A DNA stretch of 64,000 nt from Candidatus Limnocylindrales bacterium (lineage in GTDB: Bacteria; Chloroflexota; Limnocylindria; Limnocylindrales; CSP1-4), in the NCBI GenBank assembly GCA_036002525.1, contig DASYTG010000039.1, positions 81,298 to 145,297 of the forward strand, given 5' to 3'. A program made the position numbers and the translations under genes. Numbering within the stretch: position 1 is the stretch's first letter; every line of letters begins with the position of its first letter. This document shows, in pieces, positions 8,975 to 17,350 of this stretch. Under the pieces are notes generated by a model that made no database searches, had not been told where the DNA came from, and saw only the letters and a list, made by a program, of their open reading frames with translations.

Positions 8975-10340
8975 GGGACCTTCTCGGGGAAATGGCCACG
9001 ATCCGGACGCAAGTGCCCGGGTCGGCGAGATACTTGCGGTCGGCAGCAGGGCCGTCGGCAGCGGGCGAATCGTCATCGACCAGGAAGCGCGTCCCGGCGA
9101 GCCATTCCTCCACTGGCAATCCCGCGCCCACTCGATCGAGGACATCGAGAAGGAGCTGACCCGGATCTGGGCGGAGCCGAACCTCGAGACCCTCGTCGAG
9201 GGCGAGCCCGGGCGTCACGTCGCGGCGCGGACGAGCGTGATGAACCTCGTCGTCATCGCCCGTCGGCCGGAGATCGGCGAGCGCTCTGCGGCCACGATCC
9301 AGACACTCACCGGCAAGCACCCGTCGCGGACGTTGATCGTCTCGGCCGCGGACCCGGACGGCCCGTCGTGGCTCGATGCGCAGATCCAGGCCCACTGCGT
9401 CCTGCCCCGCGCCGACGCGCCGGAGATCTGCGCCGAGATGATCTACCTCTCCGCCGGCGGCGAAAGCGGCCGCCACCTCGACGCGATCGTCGCACCGCTC
9501 CTCATCCACGACCTGCCGGTGACGATCTGGTGGCCGGGCGAGCCGCCGCTCGGCACCGAACCGGCTCGCGATCTGCTGTCGATGGCCGATCGCCTGGTCG
9601 TCGACGGGTCGACGTGGGCAGAGGACGGACTCGGCCGGCTCCGCCAGCTGGCGAACCTCATCGATTCGACGAGCCTGTCGATCCGCGACTTCGCCCTCGT
9701 CCGCCAGTCGCGGTGGCGCGAAGCGATCGCGTCGATCTTCGACCTCCACGAGTTCACGCCGTTCCTCCGGTCCATGCGCCGGATCGCGGTCGCCTATGCC
9801 ACCCACGACGAGACCGGCGCGCCGGGCTCGACGAATCTCGTGAAGCCCGTCTACCACGTCGGGTGGCTCGCATCGCGACTGGGGCTGCGAGTCGTCCGCC
9901 CGCTCGCCCCCGTGGCCGGGCACGCCCCGCCGAAGGCCCGCCCCGGGACCCGCTCGACCCGGGCGACGACGAAGCCGGTGCTGAGCCGGGGACTCGCGGC
10001 CGTTCTGGCCGATGGCCGCTCCGAGACGTCGGTCGTCATCCGGCCCGTCGTGTCGCCGATGCCGGCCGGGACGACCCTGCGGGTGGAGCTCCTGGCCGAG
10101 CGGCGCGGCTCGGAGCTGCGCGCCGACGTCACCGCCGTCCACGATTCGGTCCACGTCCGGGTCTGGCTCGACGGAATCGAGTCGCTCGACCGGACGTTCA
10201 AGGCTCCGCGCCGGACGGACGTCGACCTCCTCGCGGAGGCGATCGAGGTCGGCGGCCGCGATCCGGTCTCGGACGGGTCGATCCGGATGGCCGCGGCCCT
10301 CGCCGGGGACGCGGCCGTGCCCGGACGGGCGACCAGATGA
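8967..10340 (+). CDS. opcA: glucose-6-phosphate dehydrogenase assembly protein OpcA
   Basis: WQSRAHSIEDIEKELTRIW, SVMNLVVIARRPE, HPSRTLIV, LPVTIWWPGEPP are typical OpcA blocks. ATG 8967 is the only canonical start upstream of the conserved region. The zwf-opcA-pgl gene order supports the call. Confidence 0.85.
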   Translation: MVEGPSRGNGHDPDASARVGEILAVGSRAVGSGRIVIDQEARPGEPFLHWQSRAHSIEDIEKELTRIWAEPNLETLVEGEPGRHVAARTSVMNLVVIARRPEIGERSAATIQTLTGKHPSRTLIVSAADPDGPSWLDAQIQAHCVLPRADAPEICAEMIYLSAGGESGRHLDAIVAPLLIHDLPVTIWWPGEPPLGTEPARDLLSMADRLVVDGSTWAEDGLGRLRQLANLIDSTSLSIRDFALVRQSRWREAIASIFDLHEFTPFLRSMRRIAVAYATHDETGAPGSTNLVKPVYHVGWLASRLGLRVVRPLAPVAGHAPPKARPGTRSTRATTKPVLSRGLAAVLADGRSETSVVIRPVVSPMPAGTTLRVELLAERRGSELRADVTAVHDSVHVRVWLDGIESLDRTFKAPRRTDVDLLAEAIEVGGRDPVSDGSIRMAAALAGDAAVPGRATR

Positions 10341-11194
10341 CATCGCGCGTGACGGCCGGCGAGCCGGCGGTCGCGGTCCTGCCCAACCCGGATGCCGTCT
10401 CAGCGGCCGCGGCCGATCACATCGCCAACGCCCTGCGCGACGCTGTGACCGCACGCGACCGGGCGGACTGGGCGACGACCGGTGGCTCGGCCCCGATCGG
10501 GATCTACCGCCGCCTCGGATCGCCCCGGCTCCGCGACAGCGTTCCGTGGTCCGGCGTCCACCTGTGGTGGGGCGACGACCGATACGTCCCGCCCGACCAC
10601 CCACTGTCGAACATCCTGCCGGCCGACCAGATCCTCCTCGCCGCGGCCGCCCATTCCGGAACGGACTGGCTGGAGGACGAGCCCGATGACGCGCTCAAGG
10701 GCATTCACCCCGGCGCTCCGATCCCCGTCGAGAACATCCACCCGTTCCCGACGAGCGAGGCCATCGGCGAAACGCGTGGCCCGGCCTGGGCGGCGGCCCA
10801 CTACGACGCGGACCTGCGGGCGGCGGGGCTCGAGACGCACGACGGCTGGCCGGTCTTCGACCTCGTCCTCCTCGGCGTCGGGCCGGATGGCCACGTGATG
10901 TCCGTGTTCCCGAACTCGACGACGTTCGACGAGGCAGCGTGGGCCCTGCCGGTTCCCGCCCCGACCCACGTCGAGCCGCATGTCACGAGGCTGACGCTCA
11001 ATCCGCGGATCCTCGACGTTGCCCGCCAGGTCCTCGTCGTCGTTCACGGCGCGGCCAAGGCCGAGATCGTCGGGACGATCTTCGGCGACAAGCGCGACCC
11101 GCGCCTCTGGCCGGCCCAGCTCGTCCGGCGGCCCGGCGTCAGCTGGCTTCTCGACGAAGCCGCCGCCGCGGGCCTGCCGCGCGGTCTCCGGTAG
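10337..11194 (+). CDS. pgl: 6-phosphogluconolactonase
   Basis: MTSRVTAGEPAVAVLPNPDAVS..., ATTGGSAP, VHLWWGDDRYVPPDHPLSN, FDLVLLGVGPDGHVMSVFP. ATG 10337 overlaps the opcA stop (ATGA). Confidence 0.9.
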   Translation: MTSRVTAGEPAVAVLPNPDAVSAAAADHIANALRDAVTARDRADWATTGGSAPIGIYRRLGSPRLRDSVPWSGVHLWWGDDRYVPPDHPLSNILPADQILLAAAAHSGTDWLEDEPDDALKGIHPGAPIPVENIHPFPTSEAIGETRGPAWAAAHYDADLRAAGLETHDGWPVFDLVLLGVGPDGHVMSVFPNSTTFDEAAWALPVPAPTHVEPHVTRLTLNPRILDVARQVLVVVHGAAKAEIVGTIFGDKRDPRLWPAQLVRRPGVSWLLDEAAAAGLPRGLR

Positions 11195-11220
11195 CCCTCG
11201 GGCAGCTATCGCCGCCTCGC

Positions 11221-12036
11221 ATGGCTGCCTCGCCCGGTCGGGTCGTCCGCGCGCCGGACGGTACGAGAATCGCCGACTTCGTCTCGGGCGACGGGCCGCC
11301 GCTCGTCCTCGTCCACGGGGCGGCCGCGGACCACACGACGTTCCGCGTCGTCGAGCCGATCCTCGCCCGCCGACGCACCGTCCACGCGATCGACCGGCGG
11401 GGACGCGGGGCGAGCGGTGACGGGCCGGCCTACGCGATCGACCGCGAGTTCGAGGACCTCGCCGCGGTCGTCGACTCGCTCGCGGTGGATAGCGGGAGCC
11501 CGATCGACGTGGTCGGCCACTCGTACGGCGGCCGGGTAGGGCTCGGCGCAGCGCTCCGGACGCCGAACATCCGCCGCCTCGTCGTCTACGAGGGCGCGCC
11601 GGCGCCGCCGGAAGCGCCGTACCAGGAACCGGAGCTCCAGTCACGGCTCCAGTCGCTCGCCGACGCCGGGCGGAACGAGGAGCTGCTGGTGACGTTCCTC
11701 TCGGAGGTCGTCGGCATGAGCGCGGCGGATCTCGGGGCGTACCGCGCCAATCCCGTCTGGCCGGCCCGCGTCGCCGCGGCCCGGACGATCGTCCGGGAGG
11801 TGGCGGCCGAGACGTCGGCGGCGGCCGGCCTCGACGCCCTCGGCAGGGTGACCGTGCCGGTCCTCCAGGTCCTGGGTGGTGCCAGCCGGCAGGTCTTCCG
11901 GGCGGCGACGGAGGCGCTCGATGCGCGACTGGCGAACGGGCGGATCGCCGTGATCGACGGTGCGAAGCACGGCGCCCACCACACCCATCCCGACCGGCTG
12001 GTCGCCGAGGTCGAGAGCTTCCTCGCCGCGCCCTGA
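11221..12036 (+). CDS. alpha/beta-fold hydrolase
   Basis: PLVLVHGAAADHTTF, nucleophile elbow VVGHSYGG, C-terminal GAKHGAHHTHPD. ATG 11221 lies in frame in ORF 10939-12036. Confidence 0.8.
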   Translation: MAASPGRVVRAPDGTRIADFVSGDGPPLVLVHGAAADHTTFRVVEPILARRRTVHAIDRRGRGASGDGPAYAIDREFEDLAAVVDSLAVDSGSPIDVVGHSYGGRVGLGAALRTPNIRRLVVYEGAPAPPEAPYQEPELQSRLQSLADAGRNEELLVTFLSEVVGMSAADLGAYRANPVWPARVAAARTIVREVAAETSAAAGLDALGRVTVPVLQVLGGASRQVFRAATEALDARLANGRIAVIDGAKHGAHHTHPDRLVAEVESFLAAP

Positions 12037-12072
12037 CCCACGCCGGGCGCCGCCTCGTGCCACACTTGGCGC

Positions 12073-12327
12073 ATGGACATGGGACTGGTCGGCTGGATCG
12101 TCATCGGCTTCATCGCCGGGTCGATCTCGGGTTGGATCGTCGGGGACCGCTCGGCTCGCGGCTGCCTGCCGAAGATCCTCGTCGGCATCGTCGGCGGGAT
12201 CCTCGGTGGCTGGTTGTCACGCGAGCTCGGCTTCGGGGACGTCCAGGGCTTCTTCGGCGCGGTTGTGTTCGCCTCGGCGGGCGCGATCCTCGTCCGCGTC
12301 GTGCTCCGCGCGCTCGAGAGCCGATGA
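12073..12327 (+). CDS. GlsB/YeaQ/YmgE-family small membrane (transglycosylase-associated) protein
   Basis: 84 aa: MDMGLVGWIVIGFIAGSISGWIVG...CLPKILVGIVGGILGGWL is the family pattern. Confidence 0.8.
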   Translation: MDMGLVGWIVIGFIAGSISGWIVGDRSARGCLPKILVGIVGGILGGWLSRELGFGDVQGFFGAVVFASAGAILVRVVLRALESR

Positions 12328-13454
12328 CCGAGGTCAGGGCGGCGGGAAAAGCGTCACCCCCTTCCGCGGCGCCATCCTGGTCGCCCGGCCTGGAGGGCGT
12401 CGTGGCCGGCGAGACGGCCCTCAGCATGATCGACGGCGAGCGAGGCCGGCTCCTCTACCGGGGATACCGGATCGGTGACCTCGTCGAGCGGGGAACGTAC
12501 GGCGCGGTCGCGAACCTTCTCTGGACGGGTGAGTGGGAGCGCGATCATCGCCTGACGACGGGCCCTGTCCCGGCCGCCGTCCTCACCACCCTCCGAGCGC
12601 TGCCGAACCACGCGAAGCCGATGGATGCGCTCCGTACGGCTGTGTCGGCGTGGGGGGCGACCCAGAAGCTCGACTGGCCGCCGACCGTCGAGCAGGCGCG
12701 CGGGCTCACGTCCTTCTCGCCGTCGGCGCTGGCCGCGTTTGCCCGGCTCCGCCAGGGCCTCGACCCGGTCGAGCCGGATTCGTCGCTCGACCTTGTCGCC
12801 GGCTTTCTCTACCAGCTGACCGGCAAGCGCCCGGATGCCGCCACCGCGCGCGCCCTCGATGCCTACTTCGTCGTCGGGGCGGAGCACAGCTTCAACGCCT
12901 CGACGTTCACCGCCCGGGTCATCACGTCGACTCGCTCGGACATCGCCTCGGCGATCGCCGGGGCGATCGGGACGATGAAAGGCCCCCTTCACGGCGGGGC
13001 GCCGAGCCTGGTCGTCGATCAGCTCGCGAAGGTCGGTTCGGCGGAGAAGGCGGAGGCGTGGATTCGCGCAGCGCTCGACCGAGGCGAGCGCTTGATGGGC
13101 TTCGGCCATCGGGTCTATCGTGCGTACGACCCGCGGGCGGCCGCCCTGCGGAAGGTCGCCGAGTCGATGGAGCACAAGCCCGACTGGCTGAAGCTCGCGA
13201 TCGAGGTCGAGGACGTAGCGCTCCGGATCCTCGCCGAGCGCCACCCGGAGCGGGCGATCAAGACGAACGTCGAGTACTACGCCGCGCCTGTTCTCGAGGG
13301 CGTGGGGCTGACCCCCGACCTCTTCACGGCCACGTTCTCCCTGGCCCGACATGCGGGCTGGACCGCTCATGTCCTGGAGCAGGCCGCGGCGAACCGGCTC
13401 ATTCGGCCGGACGTCATCTACATCGGGCCGGAGGAGCGGGACCTGCCCGGCTGA
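12324..13454 (+). CDS. citrate synthase (small type, CitZ/2-methylcitrate synthase-like)
   Basis: LEGVVAGETALSMIDGERGRLLYRGY, GAEHSFNASTF, GPLHGGA, GFGHRVYRAYDPRA. ATG 12324 overlaps the previous stop (ATGA). Confidence 0.9.
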   Translation: MTEVRAAGKASPPSAAPSWSPGLEGVVAGETALSMIDGERGRLLYRGYRIGDLVERGTYGAVANLLWTGEWERDHRLTTGPVPAAVLTTLRALPNHAKPMDALRTAVSAWGATQKLDWPPTVEQARGLTSFSPSALAAFARLRQGLDPVEPDSSLDLVAGFLYQLTGKRPDAATARALDAYFVVGAEHSFNASTFTARVITSTRSDIASAIAGAIGTMKGPLHGGAPSLVVDQLAKVGSAEKAEAWIRAALDRGERLMGFGHRVYRAYDPRAAALRKVAESMEHKPDWLKLAIEVEDVALRILAERHPERAIKTNVEYYAAPVLEGVGLTPDLFTATFSLARHAGWTAHVLEQAAANRLIRPDVIYIGPEERDLPG

Positions 13455-13572
13455 GCCGACCAGCGCGCATCCGGGATGTCGTGCAGACGACACGACTTCC
13501 AAAGCCGCTGCATGATGCAATCAGCCCCGCGTCGCGTCTCATCCCCGCCAACGTGCCCTGTGACCCGAGGAC

Positions 13573-14520
13573 ATGACCGACCTTTCCCTTCCCCGTCGCG
13601 CCGCCGCGCGGCCGCTCTCACTCCCGCGGACCTGGCCAAGGCCGGATTACCGCGTCGCCGCGGGGTTGCTCATCGCCGCGGTCGCGTGGCTGGTGATCGT
13701 CGCGCTGTCGGAGCCGTTCGGGCGCTGGTGGTGGGGGACGGCACAGGACGCCCGGTCGTACTGGTCGCCGACGCTCGCCGACCCGTACGCCCACGCCAGC
13801 TGGACCACGCCCTCCGCGTACGTCTACTCCCCCGCGTTCCTCCAGCTCGTCGCGCCACTCGCGCTGCTGCCGTGGCAGGCGTTCGTCGCCGCGTGGACGG
13901 GGATCCTCCTCGGCGCGCTCCGCTTCCTGACCGGGCCGCGGCTGCTCGCGATCGGCGTGCTCTTCGCGGTCCCCGAGCTTATCGGCGGCAACATCTCGCT
14001 GCTCCTCGCGGTCGCGATCGTTGCCGGGTTCCGATGGCCGGCGGCCTGGGCGTTCGTCCTCCTGACGAAGGTCACGCCCGGGATCGGCCTGCTCTGGTTC
14101 GCGTTGCGCGGCGAGTGGCGGTCGCTGGCGATCGCCGTCGGGGCGACGTTCGCGATCTTCCTCGGCTCGGCGATCTTCATGCCCGCGGCGTGGACGGACT
14201 GGCTCGCCGTCCTGACCGACGCGGCCGGGCGCAGCGCGACGTGGGCCGCCCTGCCGGTCCCGTTCCTCGCCCGGCTTCCGATCGCATTGGCCGTCGTCGC
14301 ATGGGGCGCCCAGACGAATCGCCGCTGGACGGTGCCGGTGGCGGCGATGATCGCGCTGCCGGCCCTCTGGTACGGCGGCCTGAGCATGCTGCTCGCGGTC
14401 ATCGCCCTGCGCGGCGACTGGACCGACGCAGAGGGCAACGAATCGGGGGCCGGGCCCGAAACAGCGGCGCTCTCGCGCCGGCATCGCCGCCAGGCCGAGA
14501 CGGCGCCGGCGGGCGCCTGA
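13573..14520 (+). CDS. polytopic membrane protein, DUF2029/GT87-like glycosyltransferase
   Basis: Multiple TM segments, YVYSPAF, GNISLLLA, TKVTPGIGLLW recall PimE-like GT87 proteins. The assignment is from memory only. Confidence 0.65.
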   Translation: MTDLSLPRRAAARPLSLPRTWPRPDYRVAAGLLIAAVAWLVIVALSEPFGRWWWGTAQDARSYWSPTLADPYAHASWTTPSAYVYSPAFLQLVAPLALLPWQAFVAAWTGILLGALRFLTGPRLLAIGVLFAVPELIGGNISLLLAVAIVAGFRWPAAWAFVLLTKVTPGIGLLWFALRGEWRSLAIAVGATFAIFLGSAIFMPAAWTDWLAVLTDAAGRSATWAALPVPFLARLPIALAVVAWGAQTNRRWTVPVAAMIALPALWYGGLSMLLAVIALRGDWTDAEGNESGAGPETAALSRRHRRQAETAPAGA

Positions 14521-14658
14521 AGCGGGCGCCGGCGGGCGCCCAGGCGGGCGCTTGGCGAGAACCGCCTGCCCACCGAGCCACGTATCGGGAAGAAAGCCGA
14601 GTCGTAGCTAGGCATTCGGCCCGGGCGTAGACTTCGAGTGCACGGACGGAGGTGACGA

Positions 14659-15522
14659 ATGGCCCGATTCCTCACCCGGCTGATCGACGCCCAGGCCTTC
14701 TGGGCAAGACCCTTCGGCGACTTCAACCACCGCTGGCTGTCGGCCCTCTTCCACCGGATGTGGACGATCAAGGACCTGCTCCACGGTCGCTGGCTGGGAC
14801 ATCCGCTCCACGCGGCCTCGACGGACCTGCCCATCGGCGTCCTGACCCTCGTCGTCGTGTTCGACGTGCTCGGCCAGCCGGGCGCGGCCGACGTCGCGCT
14901 GATCGCCGGCATCGCGCTGATGCTCCTCTCGGCGTTGGCCGGGTCCGCCGACTACAGCGACACCGACGGGACGGCCAGGATGCGAGCCACCGTCCACGCG
15001 ACGCTGATGGTCGTGGCGCTGGTCGTGTACGTCGTCTCGCTCGCGATGCGTCTCGGGTCGCCCGACGTACGCACAGTCCCGATCCTCCTGTCGGTCGTCG
15101 GCTACCTGCTGGTCACGGCCGGCGCGTTCGTCGGTGGCGACGTCGCCTACGTCCTCGGCAACATGGTCAACCGGCACGCGTTCCGGGGCACCGGGACGAA
15201 GTGGATTGCGCTCGATCTCGGCGACGCCCCCGACATCCCGGAGGGTCAGCTGTTCAAGGCGAAGGCCGGGGCCAACAACCTCGTGATCGTCAGGACCGGC
15301 GAGACGATCCTCGCGCTCCATGAACAGTGCGCCCATGCGGGCGGGCCGCTCGCGCAAGGCACGATCGTCGACGGCCAGGTCGAGTGCCCGTGGCACGGGT
15401 CGCGCTATCGCCTGGCCGACGGGCATGCGACGCGCGGCCCGACCGTCTACGACCAGCCGCGCTACGAAGTCCGGCGGGCGGAGTCCGGCGCGGGCTGGGA
15501 GGCGCGGCGGGCCCAGGGCTGA
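14659..15522 (+). CDS. DUF2231-like membrane domain fused to a Rieske [2Fe-2S] domain
   Basis: N-terminal 4-TM domain, then CAHAGGPL...CPWHGSRY (CxH...CxxH Rieske ligands). GGAGGTG Shine-Dalgarno before ATG 14659. Confidence 0.8.
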   Translation: MARFLTRLIDAQAFWARPFGDFNHRWLSALFHRMWTIKDLLHGRWLGHPLHAASTDLPIGVLTLVVVFDVLGQPGAADVALIAGIALMLLSALAGSADYSDTDGTARMRATVHATLMVVALVVYVVSLAMRLGSPDVRTVPILLSVVGYLLVTAGAFVGGDVAYVLGNMVNRHAFRGTGTKWIALDLGDAPDIPEGQLFKAKAGANNLVIVRTGETILALHEQCAHAGGPLAQGTIVDGQVECPWHGSRYRLADGHATRGPTVYDQPRYEVRRAESGAGWEARRAQG

Positions 15523-15572
15523 TTGGCGGAGCCGATTCCTGGCGGCCGCCTGCGGTGCGATGATCGGCCCCG

Positions 15573-16097
15573 ATGCCGACGTTGGCGGTCCCCGATCCAT
15601 CGCTGGTCGTGCTCGTCGGGCCGGCCGGGTCCGGCAAGACGACGTTCGCGGCCCGGCACTTCGCGCCTGACGAGGCCCTGTCGTCCGACGGCTTTCGGGC
15701 AATCGTCGGGCGCGACGAGGCGGACCAGGAGGCCAGCGCGGCGGCGTTCTCGGTCCTCCACCGACAGCTGGCGAAGCGGCTGAACGACGGCAGGCTGACG
15801 GTCGTCGACGCGACGAACCTGTCGAAGGGGGCACGGTCGGCACTGCTCCGGCTGGCCCGCGCCTGTCGGGTGCCGGCCGTCGCGATCGTGCTGGACCTCC
15901 CTCGGGATGTCGTTCTCGACCGCAACTCGGCGCGGACGGAGCGAGTGGTCGATCGCGGCGTCATCCTCGACCAGCTGTCACGGCTTCGGGAGGTCGTGGA
16001 TCGCGGGTTGCTCGAGCGGGAGCGCTTCGACGCAGTCCACCGCATCGCCGCGCCGGCAGAGCTGGATGCCGTGCGGATCGAGCGGCGTCCCGGCTAG
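15573..16097 (+). CDS. P-loop kinase/ATPase (AAA_33, polynucleotide-kinase-like)
   Basis: Walker A LVGPAGSGKTTFA, followed by SSD..R and VVDATN blocks as in Pnkp-type kinase domains. Confidence 0.7.
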   Translation: MPTLAVPDPSLVVLVGPAGSGKTTFAARHFAPDEALSSDGFRAIVGRDEADQEASAAAFSVLHRQLAKRLNDGRLTVVDATNLSKGARSALLRLARACRVPAVAIVLDLPRDVVLDRNSARTERVVDRGVILDQLSRLREVVDRGLLERERFDAVHRIAAPAELDAVRIERRPG

Positions 16098-16158
16098 ATC
16101 CGCGGCGCCGTCGTCGCGACGTGCGCGTGGCGCGCAGCGGACCGACGAGCAGCGGCCC

Positions 16159-16467
16159 TCAGCCGGCCCCTCCCACCACCCGGCCGAACGAGCGGGCCCG
16201 GAGCTCTACCCAGACGCCGTTCCGCATGTAGACGTCGTCGCGGCACACCGCCAGGGCCGCCTCCTCCGACTCGGCCCGAACGAGGACGATCGACGCCGAC
16301 ACGTCCGTGAACGCACCCGCCTCGACGACGACGCCCGCCTCCTTCAGCTCGAGGAGATGGGAGAGATGAGCGGCCCGGAATGGCACGCGCGTCCCGGCCG
16401 CGTCGGGCGCGTAGGTCGCCTCGACCAGCCAGACCTGCTCGATCGCCGGAATCTCGGACACGGACAC
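16159..16467 (-). CDS. YciI-like protein
   Basis: From GTG 16467: VSVSEIPAIEQVWLVEATYAPDAAGTRVPFRAAHLSHL...DDVYMRNGVW is YciI-like. It lies 13 nt downstream of the EamA gene. Confidence 0.65.
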   Translation of the reverse strand: MSVSEIPAIEQVWLVEATYAPDAAGTRVPFRAAHLSHLLELKEAGVVVEAGAFTDVSASIVLVRAESEEAALAVCRDDVYMRNGVWVELRARSFGRVVGGAG

Positions 16468-16480
16468 TGTGCCTCTCTTC

Positions 16481-17350
16481 TCAGGCCGCCGAGCCGGCGC
16501 CGATGAGCAGAATCGCAATCGCCGCGGCGGCGATCCCGACCGCATGATGGCGGGTCACCCGCTCGCGCAGGACGATCGCCGCGAGGATGACCGTCGTGAC
16601 CGGGTAGAGCGACGACAGGACCGATGCGACCGCGAGCGGGCCCGTCTGCTCGGCGAACAGGAACGCGGCATTACCGGTCATGTCGAGGACGCCGATGGCC
16701 GTCACGGCCGGCAGGATTCGCCGCGGCACGCGTCCGGGCCGACGGACGACGAGCATGACCGTCGTCACCAGCACGATCTGGACGATCCGGACAATCGACA
16801 CCGGCCCGAACACGATGCTCTCGTCGATCCGCGAGATCGTGACGTTGAACAGGCCGATGCACAGGCCCGCGGCCACGCCCAGCTCGAGCCCGGACCGGCC
16901 GGATCCCGGATGGCCGCCGACCCGCGACACGAGCACGACGGCGACGATCGCCAGGCCGATGCCGGCGAGGACGATCGGCGGCGGCAGGCCCTCGAGAACG
17001 ATCCCGGCAAGCACCGGCACGCTGGCGCTGAGGACGCCGGCGACTGGCGCGACCACGCCCATCCGGCCGACCGCGAGACCGCCGTAGAGCGCGAGGACGC
17101 CGGCCGAGCCGATGACCCCCGACAAGGCCGACCAACCGATGTCGACGGGCGCCGGCCACGGCTCGCCGCGGAGGATCGCCAGCCCGACGGCCACGACGAG
17201 CCCGGCGACCTGGCTGACGAGGACGACCCCGAACAGCGCCGCGCGGCGGCTGGCGAGACCTCCGCCGAAGTCCGCGATCCCCCAGGCGATCGCCGAGAGA
17301 AGTCCGAAGGCGACGACGGACGCCGGCCCGAGCGGGCCGGCCTCACCCAT
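16481..17350 (-). CDS. EamA/DMT-family transporter
   Basis: 10-TM-like profile, two EamA halves (SAIAWGIADFGGG..., SSLYPVTTVILAAIVLRERV). ATG 17350 overlaps the upstream stop by 8 nt. Confidence 0.8.
   Translation of the reverse strand: MGEAGPLGPASVVAFGLLSAIAWGIADFGGGLASRRAALFGVVLVSQVAGLVVAVGLAILRGEPWPAPVDIGWSALSGVIGSAGVLALYGGLAVGRMGVVAPVAGVLSASVPVLAGIVLEGLPPPIVLAGIGLAIVAVVLVSRVGGHPGSGRSGLELGVAAGLCIGLFNVTISRIDESIVFGPVSIVRIVQIVLVTTVMLVVRRPGRVPRRILPAVTAIGVLDMTGNAAFLFAEQTGPLAVASVLSSLYPVTTVILAAIVLRERVTRHHAVGIAAAAIAILLIGAGSAA

Noticed and set aside
6711-10604. 1297-aa reverse-strand ORF spanning zwf, the repeat region, opcA and part of pgl
   Set aside because: It is antisense to three genes with clear family motifs. 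Its translation is Arg/Pro/Gly-rich low complexity. Long stop-free antisense frames are expected at this GC content.
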